From Planctomycetota bacterium (GTDB lineage Bacteria; Planctomycetota; UBA1135; UBA2386): 64,000 nt of DNA. Below the pieces are notes generated by a model. That model was not told where the DNA came from. It saw nothing but the letters and a program-made list of their open reading frames with translations, and ran no database searches. The stretch spans positions 544,001-608,000 of the forward strand of contig JBKAGP010000001.1 in NCBI GenBank assembly GCA_046290465.1. The letters run 5' to 3'. Position 1 is the first letter of the stretch. Each line of letters begins with the position of its first letter. A program made the translations under genes and the position numbers. Shown here piece after piece: positions 41,886-50,493 of this stretch.

Positions 41886-43223
41886 GTGAGCATCTTCAAG
41901 GCCTACGACATTCGCGGCACCTACCCCGACCAGATCGACGCGAACAACGCGTTCCGCATCGGCGCGGCGATGGTGCAGTTCCTCGGTGCCCGGCGACTCG
42001 TGGTCGGCCGCGACATGCGGACGATGGCGCCCGAGATCCAGGACGCGGTCATCGAGGGCATGATGTCGCAGGGCTGCGACGTGGTCGACATCGGGCTCGC
42101 GTCGACGCCGATGGTCTACTACGCGATCGGCAAGATCGAATGCGACGGCGGCATGGCGGTGACCGCGTCGCACAACCCCAAGCAGTACATCGGCTTCAAG
42201 ATGTGCCGCGGCGAGGCGCGGCCGCTGTCGGGCGACAGCGGCATCAAGGACATCCAGCAGCTGGTCGAGAGCGGCGACCTCGAGCCGAAGGCCGACAAGG
42301 GCAAGCGTGAGCAGGTCGACCTGATGGACGACTGGTGCGCGCACATCGCCGGCTTCGCCAGGCACGTCGCGCCGATGAAGGTCTGCGTCGACTACGCCAA
42401 CGGCATGGGCGCCAACGAGTCGCCCGACATCTTCTCGCGCATCGAGGGCCTCGAGGTCGTGCCGATGTACGACGAACTCGACGGCACGTTCCCGAACCAC
42501 GAAGCCAACCCGTTGAAGGAGTCGAATCTCGACGTGCTGCGCGACGCCGTCAAGAAGCACGGCGCGACCATGGGGCTGTCGTTCGACGGCGACGCCGACC
42601 GCTGTGCGTTCGTCGACGAAGCGGGGCGCACCGTGCACGCGGACCTGATCACCGTGATCCTGGCGCGTGGCTTCCTCGAGCGGCATCCGGGCAAGGGCAT
42701 CATCTACGACCTGCGCTCGAGCAAGGTCGTGCCCGAAGAGGTGACGCGGCTCGGTGGCCGGCCGGTGCGCGAACGCGTCGGGCACTCGTTCATGAAGGAG
42801 ACCATGCGCAAGGAGGACTGCATCGGCGGCGGTGAGCTGTCGGGGCACTTCTACTTTGCCGAGAACTTCTTCACCGATTGCGGCGTGCTCGCCGCGATCG
42901 AGGTGATGAACCAGCTCAGCAAGGAGGGCAAGTCGCTGAAGGTGGCCGCCGACGAGCTGCGCAAGTACCACGGCACCGGCGAGATCAACTTCAAGGTCGA
43001 GGACAAGGCCGGCAAGATGAAGGAGGTCGAGCAGCGCTTCGCGGACGGCAAGATCGACTTCCTCGACGGCATCACGGTGACGTACGACGACTGGTGGGCG
43101 AACGTGCGCCCGTCGAACACCGAGCCGTTCCTGCGCATGTGCCTCGAGGCGGACACGCGGGAGCTGATGGAGCAGAAGCGCGCCGAGCTGTTCGAGGTGC
43201 TGGGCACGCCGGTCGACCACTAG
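41886..43223 (+). CDS. Phosphomannomutase/phosphoglucomutase
   Basis: IFKAYDIRG, TASHNP, FDGDADR, GELSGH, VRPSNTEP. Confidence 0.95.
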   Translation: MSIFKAYDIRGTYPDQIDANNAFRIGAAMVQFLGARRLVVGRDMRTMAPEIQDAVIEGMMSQGCDVVDIGLASTPMVYYAIGKIECDGGMAVTASHNPKQYIGFKMCRGEARPLSGDSGIKDIQQLVESGDLEPKADKGKREQVDLMDDWCAHIAGFARHVAPMKVCVDYANGMGANESPDIFSRIEGLEVVPMYDELDGTFPNHEANPLKESNLDVLRDAVKKHGATMGLSFDGDADRCAFVDEAGRTVHADLITVILARGFLERHPGKGIIYDLRSSKVVPEEVTRLGGRPVRERVGHSFMKETMRKEDCIGGGELSGHFYFAENFFTDCGVLAAIEVMNQLSKEGKSLKVAADELRKYHGTGEINFKVEDKAGKMKEVEQRFADGKIDFLDGITVTYDDWWANVRPSNTEPFLRMCLEADTRELMEQKRAELFEVLGTPVDH

Positions 43224-43386
43224 GGTAGTGCGTCCGATACAAGGGGCATGCTGCGGGCCCGAGGACGCCCGTCGCTGCGTTGCTACTCCTCGGCAGGATG
43301 TTTGGAACATGCAGTCGGCGCAGCGCCTTGCGACGAACGCCCTCGCATCCCGGATCATGCCCCATCTACCAGACGCACTACACTAG
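43220..43386. mobile_element. 167-bp MITE/ERIC-like palindromic element
   Basis: 31-nt terminal inverted repeats (26/31 matching), CTAG at both ends, self-complementary interior. Confidence 0.75.
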
Positions 43387-43390
43387 GGTC

Positions 43391-44641
43391 GTGCATCCGC
43401 CGGCTCGCGAGCCCCGATGGTGGCGGCTGGGCGCGTTCGCGCTGCTGCTGCTCGGCGTGGCGGTGCGCGGCGGCGCCTGGCTGCTCGACCCGGTGCTGCC
43501 GTTCGAGGACGGCACGCTGCTGTTCGCGCGCAGCTACGCCGAACCGCGGCTGTCGGACTGGTTCGCGCCCTATGCCGGCTACGTGCCGGTCGGCAGCAAC
43601 GTCGCCGCGTGGTGCGCGTGCCGGCTGCCGACGGCCGCGATCCCGCACGCGTTCGTGGGGCTGGCGATGCTGCTGCACACGGCCGCTGCGTGCAGCGTGC
43701 TGCACCCTGGCTGGCAGCTGCTGGGTCGGTTCCGGCTGCGGCTGCTGCTGGCCGCCGTCGTGGCCTGGGTGCCCTGGTCGAGCGTGCTGGTGCCGACGAC
43801 GCTCAGCTACGTGCAGTGGAGCATGCTGTGGTGGCTCGTGGTGGTGTTGCTGCGGCCGTGCGGGGGCACGCGCATGGCGCGCCTGCGGCACGGGCTCGCG
43901 GTGGCGATGCTGGTGCTCTGGCACCCGCTCGCGCTGACGCTGGCGCCGCTGCTGGCGCTGCCGGCGGTTCGCCGAGGCCGCGCGGCGGTGCTGCTCGGCT
44001 TCGTGGCGGCGCTCGTCGGCTACTGGGTCCTGCGGCAGATGGTCGTCACCGAGGTGCCCGCGGTGCAGGCCGAACGGCTGGCGCTGGTACCGACGACCTG
44101 GCTCGGTCGCGTCATGCTCGAGGCGTTCGCCGGCTACGAACTGCGGCCGTGGCTGCTCGCACAGCTCGGCACGTGGTCGGTGTCGGCGGCCGGCCTGCTG
44201 TTGGCGATGGGCTGGCTGGCGCTGGTCCTGCGGGCGAGGCGGCGATGGTCGGAGCCCGTGCAGGCGTTCGCGGTCGGGGTCGTCTGGGTCGGGGTGGTGG
44301 CGCTCGCGGTTGCCGCGATGCGGCGCGACCAGTTCGATCCCGACGGCGACGGATCGGTGCGCTACTTCGCGCTCGGCCGGCTCGGCCTGCAGACGCTGGC
44401 GATCCTGGCGCTCGGCACGCTCGCGTCATGGCGGTGGGCGGCCGGGCTCGGCGCGCTGGTGCTGGTCGTGCCGTGGCTCGACGGGATCGCGCGCCAGGCC
44501 GTTCCCGCAGGCGGTGCTGCCGCGATGCGGTCGTTCGTCACCGAACTGCAGGCGCAGGAGCTGCGCCGCGGCGGCCGCCGCTGGATCCGCGCGCGCCTGG
44601 TCCAGGACAACGGCTGGGTGATCCTGATCCGTCCGCGTTGA
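43391..44641 (+). CDS. Multi-TM membrane protein (possibly GT-C/Gtr-like glycosyltransferase)
   Basis: FEDG...FAPYAGY in the first loop, RYF motif later, many TM segments. Confidence 0.6.
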   Translation: MHPPAREPRWWRLGAFALLLLGVAVRGGAWLLDPVLPFEDGTLLFARSYAEPRLSDWFAPYAGYVPVGSNVAAWCACRLPTAAIPHAFVGLAMLLHTAAACSVLHPGWQLLGRFRLRLLLAAVVAWVPWSSVLVPTTLSYVQWSMLWWLVVVLLRPCGGTRMARLRHGLAVAMLVLWHPLALTLAPLLALPAVRRGRAAVLLGFVAALVGYWVLRQMVVTEVPAVQAERLALVPTTWLGRVMLEAFAGYELRPWLLAQLGTWSVSAAGLLLAMGWLALVLRARRRWSEPVQAFAVGVVWVGVVALAVAAMRRDQFDPDGDGSVRYFALGRLGLQTLAILALGTLASWRWAAGLGALVLVVPWLDGIARQAVPAGGAAAMRSFVTELQAQELRRGGRRWIRARLVQDNGWVILIRPR

Positions 44642-44674
44642 CGACGAACGTGCGATGGTGTCCGCTGCCCCGGC

Positions 44675-45439
44675 ATGTTCGCGCGTCCCTCCGGCATCGT
44701 CTCGCTGACCACCGACTTCGGTCCGGCCGACCCCTACGTCGGGATCATGAAGGGCGCCTTGCTGCGCGCGTCGAACAAGGTCCAGGTCGTCGATCTCGGC
44801 CACGGCGTCGCCGCCCAGGATGTCGCTGCGGGCGCGTTCCAGCTGTGGTCGGCGATCGGTCGCTTCCCCGACGGAACGGTCCAGGTGGGGGTCGTCGACC
44901 CCGGCGTCGGGACCGCACGCCGCGTCGTCGGCGCGGCGGCGCACGGCCAGTACTGGCTCGCGCCGGACAACGGGCTGCTCGGCGCGGTGCTGGCGTCGGA
45001 CCCGGCCGCCGAGGTCCGCGAACTCGACCTCGAGCACCTGCGCGTGCAGCGGCAGGCGCGCACGTTCGACGGCCGCGACGTGTTTGCGCCGGTCGCCGCG
45101 TTCCTCGCGACCGGCCGCTACGGCTTCTCGGCGCTCGGCCCGCGGGTGCAGGACATGGACGCCGACGACCCGGTGTTCGGCGGCGCCGACCGGGTCGTGC
45201 ACGTCGACCACTACGGCAACCTGATCACCAACGTCCCTGCCGACCGCTGCCGCGACGCGCGCATCGAGGTCGGCGGCCGCACGATCGCGCTGCAGGCGAC
45301 CTACGGCGACGTCGCCGAGGGCGAACTGCTCGCCTACGTCGGCTCGTTCGGGCTGCTGGAGGTCGCCGCGCGGGACGGCTCGGCGGCAACGGTGCTCGGA
45401 ATCGGGCGCGGTGCGCCGGTCGCCCTGGCCAACCCGTAA
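44675..45439 (+). CDS. DUF62 SAM hydrolase/halogenase-family protein
   Basis: LTTDFG, VVDPGVGT, PDNGLL, TFDGRDVFAP, VDHYGNLITN. Confidence 0.9.
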   Translation: MFARPSGIVSLTTDFGPADPYVGIMKGALLRASNKVQVVDLGHGVAAQDVAAGAFQLWSAIGRFPDGTVQVGVVDPGVGTARRVVGAAAHGQYWLAPDNGLLGAVLASDPAAEVRELDLEHLRVQRQARTFDGRDVFAPVAAFLATGRYGFSALGPRVQDMDADDPVFGGADRVVHVDHYGNLITNVPADRCRDARIEVGGRTIALQATYGDVAEGELLAYVGSFGLLEVAARDGSAATVLGIGRGAPVALANP

Positions 45440-45461
45440 GATTTGGCCAATCCGTAAGATC
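45426..45461 (+). repeat. 18-nt tandem duplication covering the DUF62 stop codon
   Basis: TGGCCAACCCGTAAGATT / TGGCCAATCCGTAAGATC. Confidence 0.8.
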
Positions 45462-45473
45462 CTTCGCCTACCA

Positions 45474-46406
45474 ATGACTGCTACCCAACCTGACCAGAAG
45501 CCGACGCTCCGCCTGGTGGGCGTGCCGATGGACCTCGGCGCCGGCCGCCGCGGTGTCGACATGGGCCCGTCCGCGATCCGCATCGCTGGCGTGACCGCTG
45601 CCTTGCGCAAGCTCGGCTACCACATCGAGGACGACGGCGACGTCGGCGTGCCGGCACCGGAGACGCGCGAGCCCGGCGACGAGAGCGCGCGCTACCTCGA
45701 ACCGATCTACCACGTCTGCAACCGGCTGCGCCTGCGCGTGCGGCGCGCGCTCGACCAGGGCGACGTGCCGGTCGTGCTCGGCGGCGACCACAGCATCGCG
45801 ATCGGCACGGTGTCCGGGGTCAGCGAGCACTTCCACGACAAGGGCGAGAAGATCGGCCTGATCTGGGTCGACGCGCACGGTGACATGAACACGCCGGACA
45901 GTTCGCCGACCGGCAACATCCACGGCATGCCGCTGGCGACGCTGCTCGGCATCGGCCACCCGCGGCTGGTCGAGATGGGCGGGTTCTCCCCGAAGGTGCA
46001 GAAGGAGCACGTCTGCCTGATCGGCATCCGCGACATCGACGACACCGAGCGCCGCATCATCCGCGAATCGGGCATCCACGCCTACACGATGCGCGACGTC
46101 GACGAGCGCGGCATGCGCGCGATCATGGCCGAGGCGATCGGCTACGCGACCGACGGCACCGCCGGCTTCCACGTGTCGTTCGACCTCGACGGCATGGACC
46201 CGCGCGACGTGCCGGGCACCGGCACGCCGGTCAAGGGCGGCATCAGCTGGCGCGAAGCCAACCTGCTGATGGAGATGGTCAGCGACACCGGCAAGATGCG
46301 CAGCCTCGAGGTGACCGAGCTGAACCCGATCCTCGACGTGCGCAACCAGTCCGGCGAGGTCGCCGTCGACGTGATCAGCAGCGCGTTCGGCAAGCGGATC
46401 CTGTAG
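45474..46406 (+). CDS. rocF: Arginase
   Basis: GGDHSIA, DAHGDMNT, GNIHGMP, SFDLDG, PGTGTP. Confidence 0.95.
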   Translation: MTATQPDQKPTLRLVGVPMDLGAGRRGVDMGPSAIRIAGVTAALRKLGYHIEDDGDVGVPAPETREPGDESARYLEPIYHVCNRLRLRVRRALDQGDVPVVLGGDHSIAIGTVSGVSEHFHDKGEKIGLIWVDAHGDMNTPDSSPTGNIHGMPLATLLGIGHPRLVEMGGFSPKVQKEHVCLIGIRDIDDTERRIIRESGIHAYTMRDVDERGMRAIMAEAIGYATDGTAGFHVSFDLDGMDPRDVPGTGTPVKGGISWREANLLMEMVSDTGKMRSLEVTELNPILDVRNQSGEVAVDVISSAFGKRIL

Positions 46407-46441
46407 CCGGGGGCGCGGCTTTCCTGGCCGCGCGGAGGACT

Positions 46442-46489
46442 GGCTACGGAGCCCAGGCTACGGAAGCCCAGGCTACGGAAGCCCAGGCT
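46442..46489. repeat. 15-nt tandem repeat between convergent genes
   Basis: GGCTACGGA(A)GCCCA x3 followed by GGCT. Confidence 0.85.
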
Positions 46490-46517
46490 GCTGATCCCCG
46501 CTGCGAACGGACCCGCG

Positions 46518-47654
46518 CTACCAGTCGATGCCGAACGTCACGTCGGCGTAGAAGCCCTGGTCAAGCGCGCCCTCGGCCGGGTCGAACGACGCCGCGCCGG
46601 TGGTCAGGAAGTAGTCGCCGGCGACGACCGCACCGCCGCGAACGTTCAGCGAGAAGTGGTCGGTGAACCGCTGGGTCAGGCCCGCGTAGACGATCACTTC
46701 CTGGATCTGCAGGTTGGCGCGCTGCTTGCCGGTGCCCGACGACGACCGCACGCGGTACTGCGCACCCTGGACCTGTGCACCGAGCGCGATCGCGGTGCTG
46801 CCCGACGGCCACCACGACAGCTCGACGTACTCGGGCGCCATCAGGTCGATGCGCACACCTTCGACGACCTCCCAGCTGAAGCCCAGCCAGGGCAGCCACG
46901 GGGCGTCCTCGTAGACCTGGTTGTAGCGGGCGCCGAGCTTCCAGAAGAAGTTGTCGGTCGCCTGGATCGTGAACATGGCCGACGACGGGAAGTCGTAGTC
47001 CTTGTGCGTCAGCGTGCCGTCGAGGTCCGAGTAGACCCCGGGGTTGGTCTCCATCTCGAACAGCACGTTGTCGGCGACGAACACGCCGAAGCCGAGCCGC
47101 GCGCCGGCGGCGGTCAGCGTCTGGTCGCCCCAGTTGCCTTCCGAGTTGATGCCCGGGTTGTTGGCCGAGCCGAACGGCGTCGTGGTGCTGTAGTGGCGGC
47201 CGTACTGGTAGAGGCCGAAGAGCAGGTACGAGTCCGGGTAGATGACCACCGGGAACTCGACGTCGAAGTCGTAGCCGAACAGGTCGAAGCTGCCGGGTTC
47301 GCCGTTGATGCGCTGGTTGGGCATCCAGCGCGCGCGCAGCTCGAGCGCCGGATCGTAGCGTTCGCGGCGGTCCATGAACTCACCGTGCGCCTCGCGGAAC
47401 AGCGTCGACACCGAGTAGTCGGCGCGACCGTCGTCCTGCCAGGAGCGAGCGCCGAACGCCGGCACGTCGATGCGATCACGCGCTTCGTCGTTCGGGTCGG
47501 TGGGAGCCGAGCCGAGGCTCGTGCCGACCTGCCGACCGATCCCCGCGAAGGGATCGGTGCTGCTGGTAGCGATAGAAGACGCTGGTGCCTGTGCGAACGC
47601 CGAAGCGACGCCGAGGCCCGCAGCGAGAACGACCCGTGCAATTTGGTTGCGCAT
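46518..47654 (-). CDS. Putative outer-membrane beta-barrel protein
   Basis: Signal peptide ending AFA-Q, alternating aromatic beta strands, C-terminal YADVTFGIDW. Confidence 0.75.
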   Translation of the reverse strand: MRNQIARVVLAAGLGVASAFAQAPASSIATSSTDPFAGIGRQVGTSLGSAPTDPNDEARDRIDVPAFGARSWQDDGRADYSVSTLFREAHGEFMDRRERYDPALELRARWMPNQRINGEPGSFDLFGYDFDVEFPVVIYPDSYLLFGLYQYGRHYSTTTPFGSANNPGINSEGNWGDQTLTAAGARLGFGVFVADNVLFEMETNPGVYSDLDGTLTHKDYDFPSSAMFTIQATDNFFWKLGARYNQVYEDAPWLPWLGFSWEVVEGVRIDLMAPEYVELSWWPSGSTAIALGAQVQGAQYRVRSSSGTGKQRANLQIQEVIVYAGLTQRFTDHFSLNVRGGAVVAGDYFLTTGAASFDPAEGALDQGFYADVTFGIDW

Positions 47655-47821
47655 ACGCCCTGTCTGACCGTGGTTTGACCGATCCACGATCGTGACGACG
47701 GCAACATCGGATTCAAGAGCGAAGGCGCGGCTTCTTCGGCACCGATCTGCATCGCCGGTGTTGGCGTTCGTGGACAGTTTCCCACAACGCTCGGTGGATC
47801 GCGCGAGCGTGCGTCGCCGCC

Positions 47822-49006
47822 TCAGCGTTGGAAGATCGGCAGGTACTGCCGCGGCATCTGCAGCAGGATGCACGCCATCGCCGTTCCCATCTCGTCGCCG
47901 GGACCGACGCGGTTGCGCCAGCGACCGTCGGCTGCCTGCGCGTCGAGCAGGTCGCGCGCCAGCCGGGCATAGAACGCGCGCAGGCGCGGGCCGCCGAACT
48001 GGTAGAAGGCCTGCGCCGCGTAGTAGTTGCCGTACCAGTAGTAGAAGTGGTCCCGGTAGTAGCCGCCCGCGACGTTCGCGTACTGCTTCTCGAGGAACGA
48101 CAGCACCGGGTCGCTGAGCTCGTCGTCGTGCACGCCGGCGCTGGCCAGCGCCGTCATCGCGGCGGCGTTGATCGCGTACTGCTGGGACTTCTGGTACTGG
48201 CCGCGTCCGTAGATCTTGTAGTAGTACAGGCCGCGGTCGTAGCCGTTCTGCACCCGGCTCTTGCTCACGTAGCCCATCGCGCGGTCGATGGTTTCGCTCG
48301 GCACGCGGATGCCGATGTTGCGCGCGGCGCGCAGCGCCTGCAGCTGGCAGACCGTCACCGACAGGTCGAGCTCGCGGTCGAACGCGTTGTAGCGCCAGCC
48401 GCCGTGCTGGTTCTGGCAGTCGACGATCAGGTTGACCGCCTTCTCGAGCGTGACCTTGGCGCGCTCGTTGGCGGCCATGCCGTAGACCTCCGCGAGGAAC
48501 AGCGTGCCGAACGCGTGGCTGTACATCCGCGTGCCGGCGGCGCTCAGCAGGCCCGACTGCTGCGAGCGGGTGATCACGAAGTCCTCGGCGCGCTTGATCA
48601 CGTCCTGGTAGCGGCCGCGGTCCGGCAGGTGGCCACCGGCGAGGAACGCCATGCCGCAGATCGCGGTGACGCCGAGGTGGCCCTCGCCCTTGCTGCGCTG
48701 CGCGTCGGGCAGCAGCGCGTTGTCGAGCAGCTGGTAGTTGTCCTGCTGCTTGTGGCCGACATAGCCGACCCAGGCGCCCGACGACAGCTGCTGCTTCTGC
48801 AGCCAGGCGAGGCCGCGGTCGGCGGCCTTGGCGCACTCGTCGGCCAGCTTGCGGTCGAACCAGGCCTCGTCGTCGACCTTGGTCTTTGGCTTTCCGGTGG
48901 CGCTGGTCGGGCCCTGCTCGAGCACGGCCTCGGGCTTCGGACTCTGCGGTGTCGGGCCTTGCGGCACCTGCGAGAGCAGAGCGGTCAGCGCGAGGAGCGT
49001 GAGCAT
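47822..49006 (-). CDS. Prenyltransferase/squalene-oxidase repeat protein
   Basis: GLAWLQKQQ..G.W, QNQHGGWRY, DLSVT..QLQALRAA, C-terminal YLPIFQR. Confidence 0.85.
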   Translation of the reverse strand: MLTLLALTALLSQVPQGPTPQSPKPEAVLEQGPTSATGKPKTKVDDEAWFDRKLADECAKAADRGLAWLQKQQLSSGAWVGYVGHKQQDNYQLLDNALLPDAQRSKGEGHLGVTAICGMAFLAGGHLPDRGRYQDVIKRAEDFVITRSQQSGLLSAAGTRMYSHAFGTLFLAEVYGMAANERAKVTLEKAVNLIVDCQNQHGGWRYNAFDRELDLSVTVCQLQALRAARNIGIRVPSETIDRAMGYVSKSRVQNGYDRGLYYYKIYGRGQYQKSQQYAINAAAMTALASAGVHDDELSDPVLSFLEKQYANVAGGYYRDHFYYWYGNYYAAQAFYQFGGPRLRAFYARLARDLLDAQAADGRWRNRVGPGDEMGTAMACILLQMPRQYLPIFQR

Positions 49007-49098
49007 CGCCGCCGATTGTCCCCGGCCACCGCCGCGGTCGCCAGGGCCGAAACGCCTCCAGGTCGTATCTCCAGGACCGCGGCGGCCGGCGCGGTGGA

Positions 49099-50493
49099 TC
49101 AGGCCAACAGCTCGCGCACGACCTTGCCGTAGACGTCGGTCAGGCGCAGGTCGCGGCCGCCGAAGCGGTAGGTGAACCGTTCGTGGTCGATGCCGAGCTG
49201 CCACATCAGCGTCGCGTGCAGGTCGTGGATCGACATCGGGTTCTCCTCGGCCTTGTAGCCGTACTCGTCGGTTGCGCCGTAGCTGACGCCCGGTCGGAAG
49301 CCGCCGCCCGCCATCCACATCGTGAACCCGAACGGGTTGTGGTCGCGGCCGTCGCGCCCCTGCGCGAACGGCGTGCGGCCGAACTCACCGCCGAACAGCA
49401 CGATGGTCTCGTCGAGCAGGCCGCGCGCCTCGAGGTCGTAGAGCAGCGCGGCGATCGGCTGGTCGACCATCTTGCAGTTGCGGCCGAGCTTGGCCTTGAG
49501 GCCGCCGTGCTGGTCCCAGCGGTCGCTGCCGGTGTCGCCGCAGGTCAGTTCGACGAAGCGCACGCCGCGTTCGACCAGGCGCCGCGCCAGCAGGCACTGA
49601 CGGCCGTAGATGCGGGTCTGCTCGTAGTCCGAGTTCATCCCGTACATCTCGCGGGTCGCCGCCGACTCGCCGTCGACGCCGAGCAGGTCCGGCACCGCGG
49701 TCTGCATGCGGAACGCCAGCTCCTGGTTCCGGATCGCCGCTTCGAGCGCCGGATCGCTGCCGTGCTCGTCGAGGCCGAGTTCGTCGAGGGCGCGCGCCAG
49801 CGCCAGCTTGCGGCGCTGCCGTGCGTCGGACTCACGCGGCTTGATGTTGGCGACCGCGTCGCCGCGCATCGAGAACAGCGAACCCTGGCTGTGCGCCGGC
49901 AGGAAGCCCGAGTGGAAGTTGTCGACGCCGCCCGGCGGCACCAGGCCGCCGTTGAGCACGCAGAACGCCGGCAGGTCCTCGGCCTCGGTGCCGAGGCCGT
50001 AGCCGATCCAGGCGCCCATGCTCGGCCGGCCCTGCAGGCCGTGGCCGGTATGCAGGAAGTAGTTGGCGTTGGTGTGCTCGCTGAAGTCCGCGTACATCGA
50101 ACGCACGAAGGTCATCTTGTCGGCGACCTTCGCCATGTGCGGCAGCAGGTCGCTGATCCACTGGCCGCTGTCGCCGCGCTGGCGGAACTTCGCGCACGGG
50201 CCGAGCGTGTTGCCGCGGTCGTTGAACTGCGTCGGCTCCATCGGCAGCGCGAACTTCTTGCCGTCCTCGGCGACCAGCCGCGGCTTGTAGTCGAACAGGT
50301 CGTGGCAGCTCGGCGCACCGTCCATGTAGAGGAAGATCACCGAGCGCGCGCGCGGCGCGTGGTGGCGCACCAGGGCGCCGCCGTTCTGCTGGCGCTGCAG
50401 CAGGTCGGCGAACGGCAGCATCGCGAAGCCGTTGGCGGCCTGCCGGAGCAGCTCGCGACGGTTGGGACGGAACGTCTGTGGGCGGCGGCTCAT
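49099..50493 (-). CDS. DUF1501 sulfatase-like Tat protein
   Basis: NRRELL twin-arginine, VIFLYMDGAPS, WDQH, GEFGRTP, GRDHNP, DLHAT. Confidence 0.9.
   Translation of the reverse strand: MSRRPQTFRPNRRELLRQAANGFAMLPFADLLQRQQNGGALVRHHAPRARSVIFLYMDGAPSCHDLFDYKPRLVAEDGKKFALPMEPTQFNDRGNTLGPCAKFRQRGDSGQWISDLLPHMAKVADKMTFVRSMYADFSEHTNANYFLHTGHGLQGRPSMGAWIGYGLGTEAEDLPAFCVLNGGLVPPGGVDNFHSGFLPAHSQGSLFSMRGDAVANIKPRESDARQRRKLALARALDELGLDEHGSDPALEAAIRNQELAFRMQTAVPDLLGVDGESAATREMYGMNSDYEQTRIYGRQCLLARRLVERGVRFVELTCGDTGSDRWDQHGGLKAKLGRNCKMVDQPIAALLYDLEARGLLDETIVLFGGEFGRTPFAQGRDGRDHNPFGFTMWMAGGGFRPGVSYGATDEYGYKAEENPMSIHDLHATLMWQLGIDHERFTYRFGGRDLRLTDVYGKVVRELLA

Noticed and set aside
47769..47788. DnaA-box-like words (GTGGACAG, TTCCCACA)
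   Set aside because: Poor matches, no cluster and no AT-rich unwinding region.
47822..49006. Squalene-hopene cyclase or terpene biosynthetic cluster
   Set aside because: It has a signal peptide, a single domain and no DXDD motif. It fits the common planctomycete prenyltransferase-repeat family.
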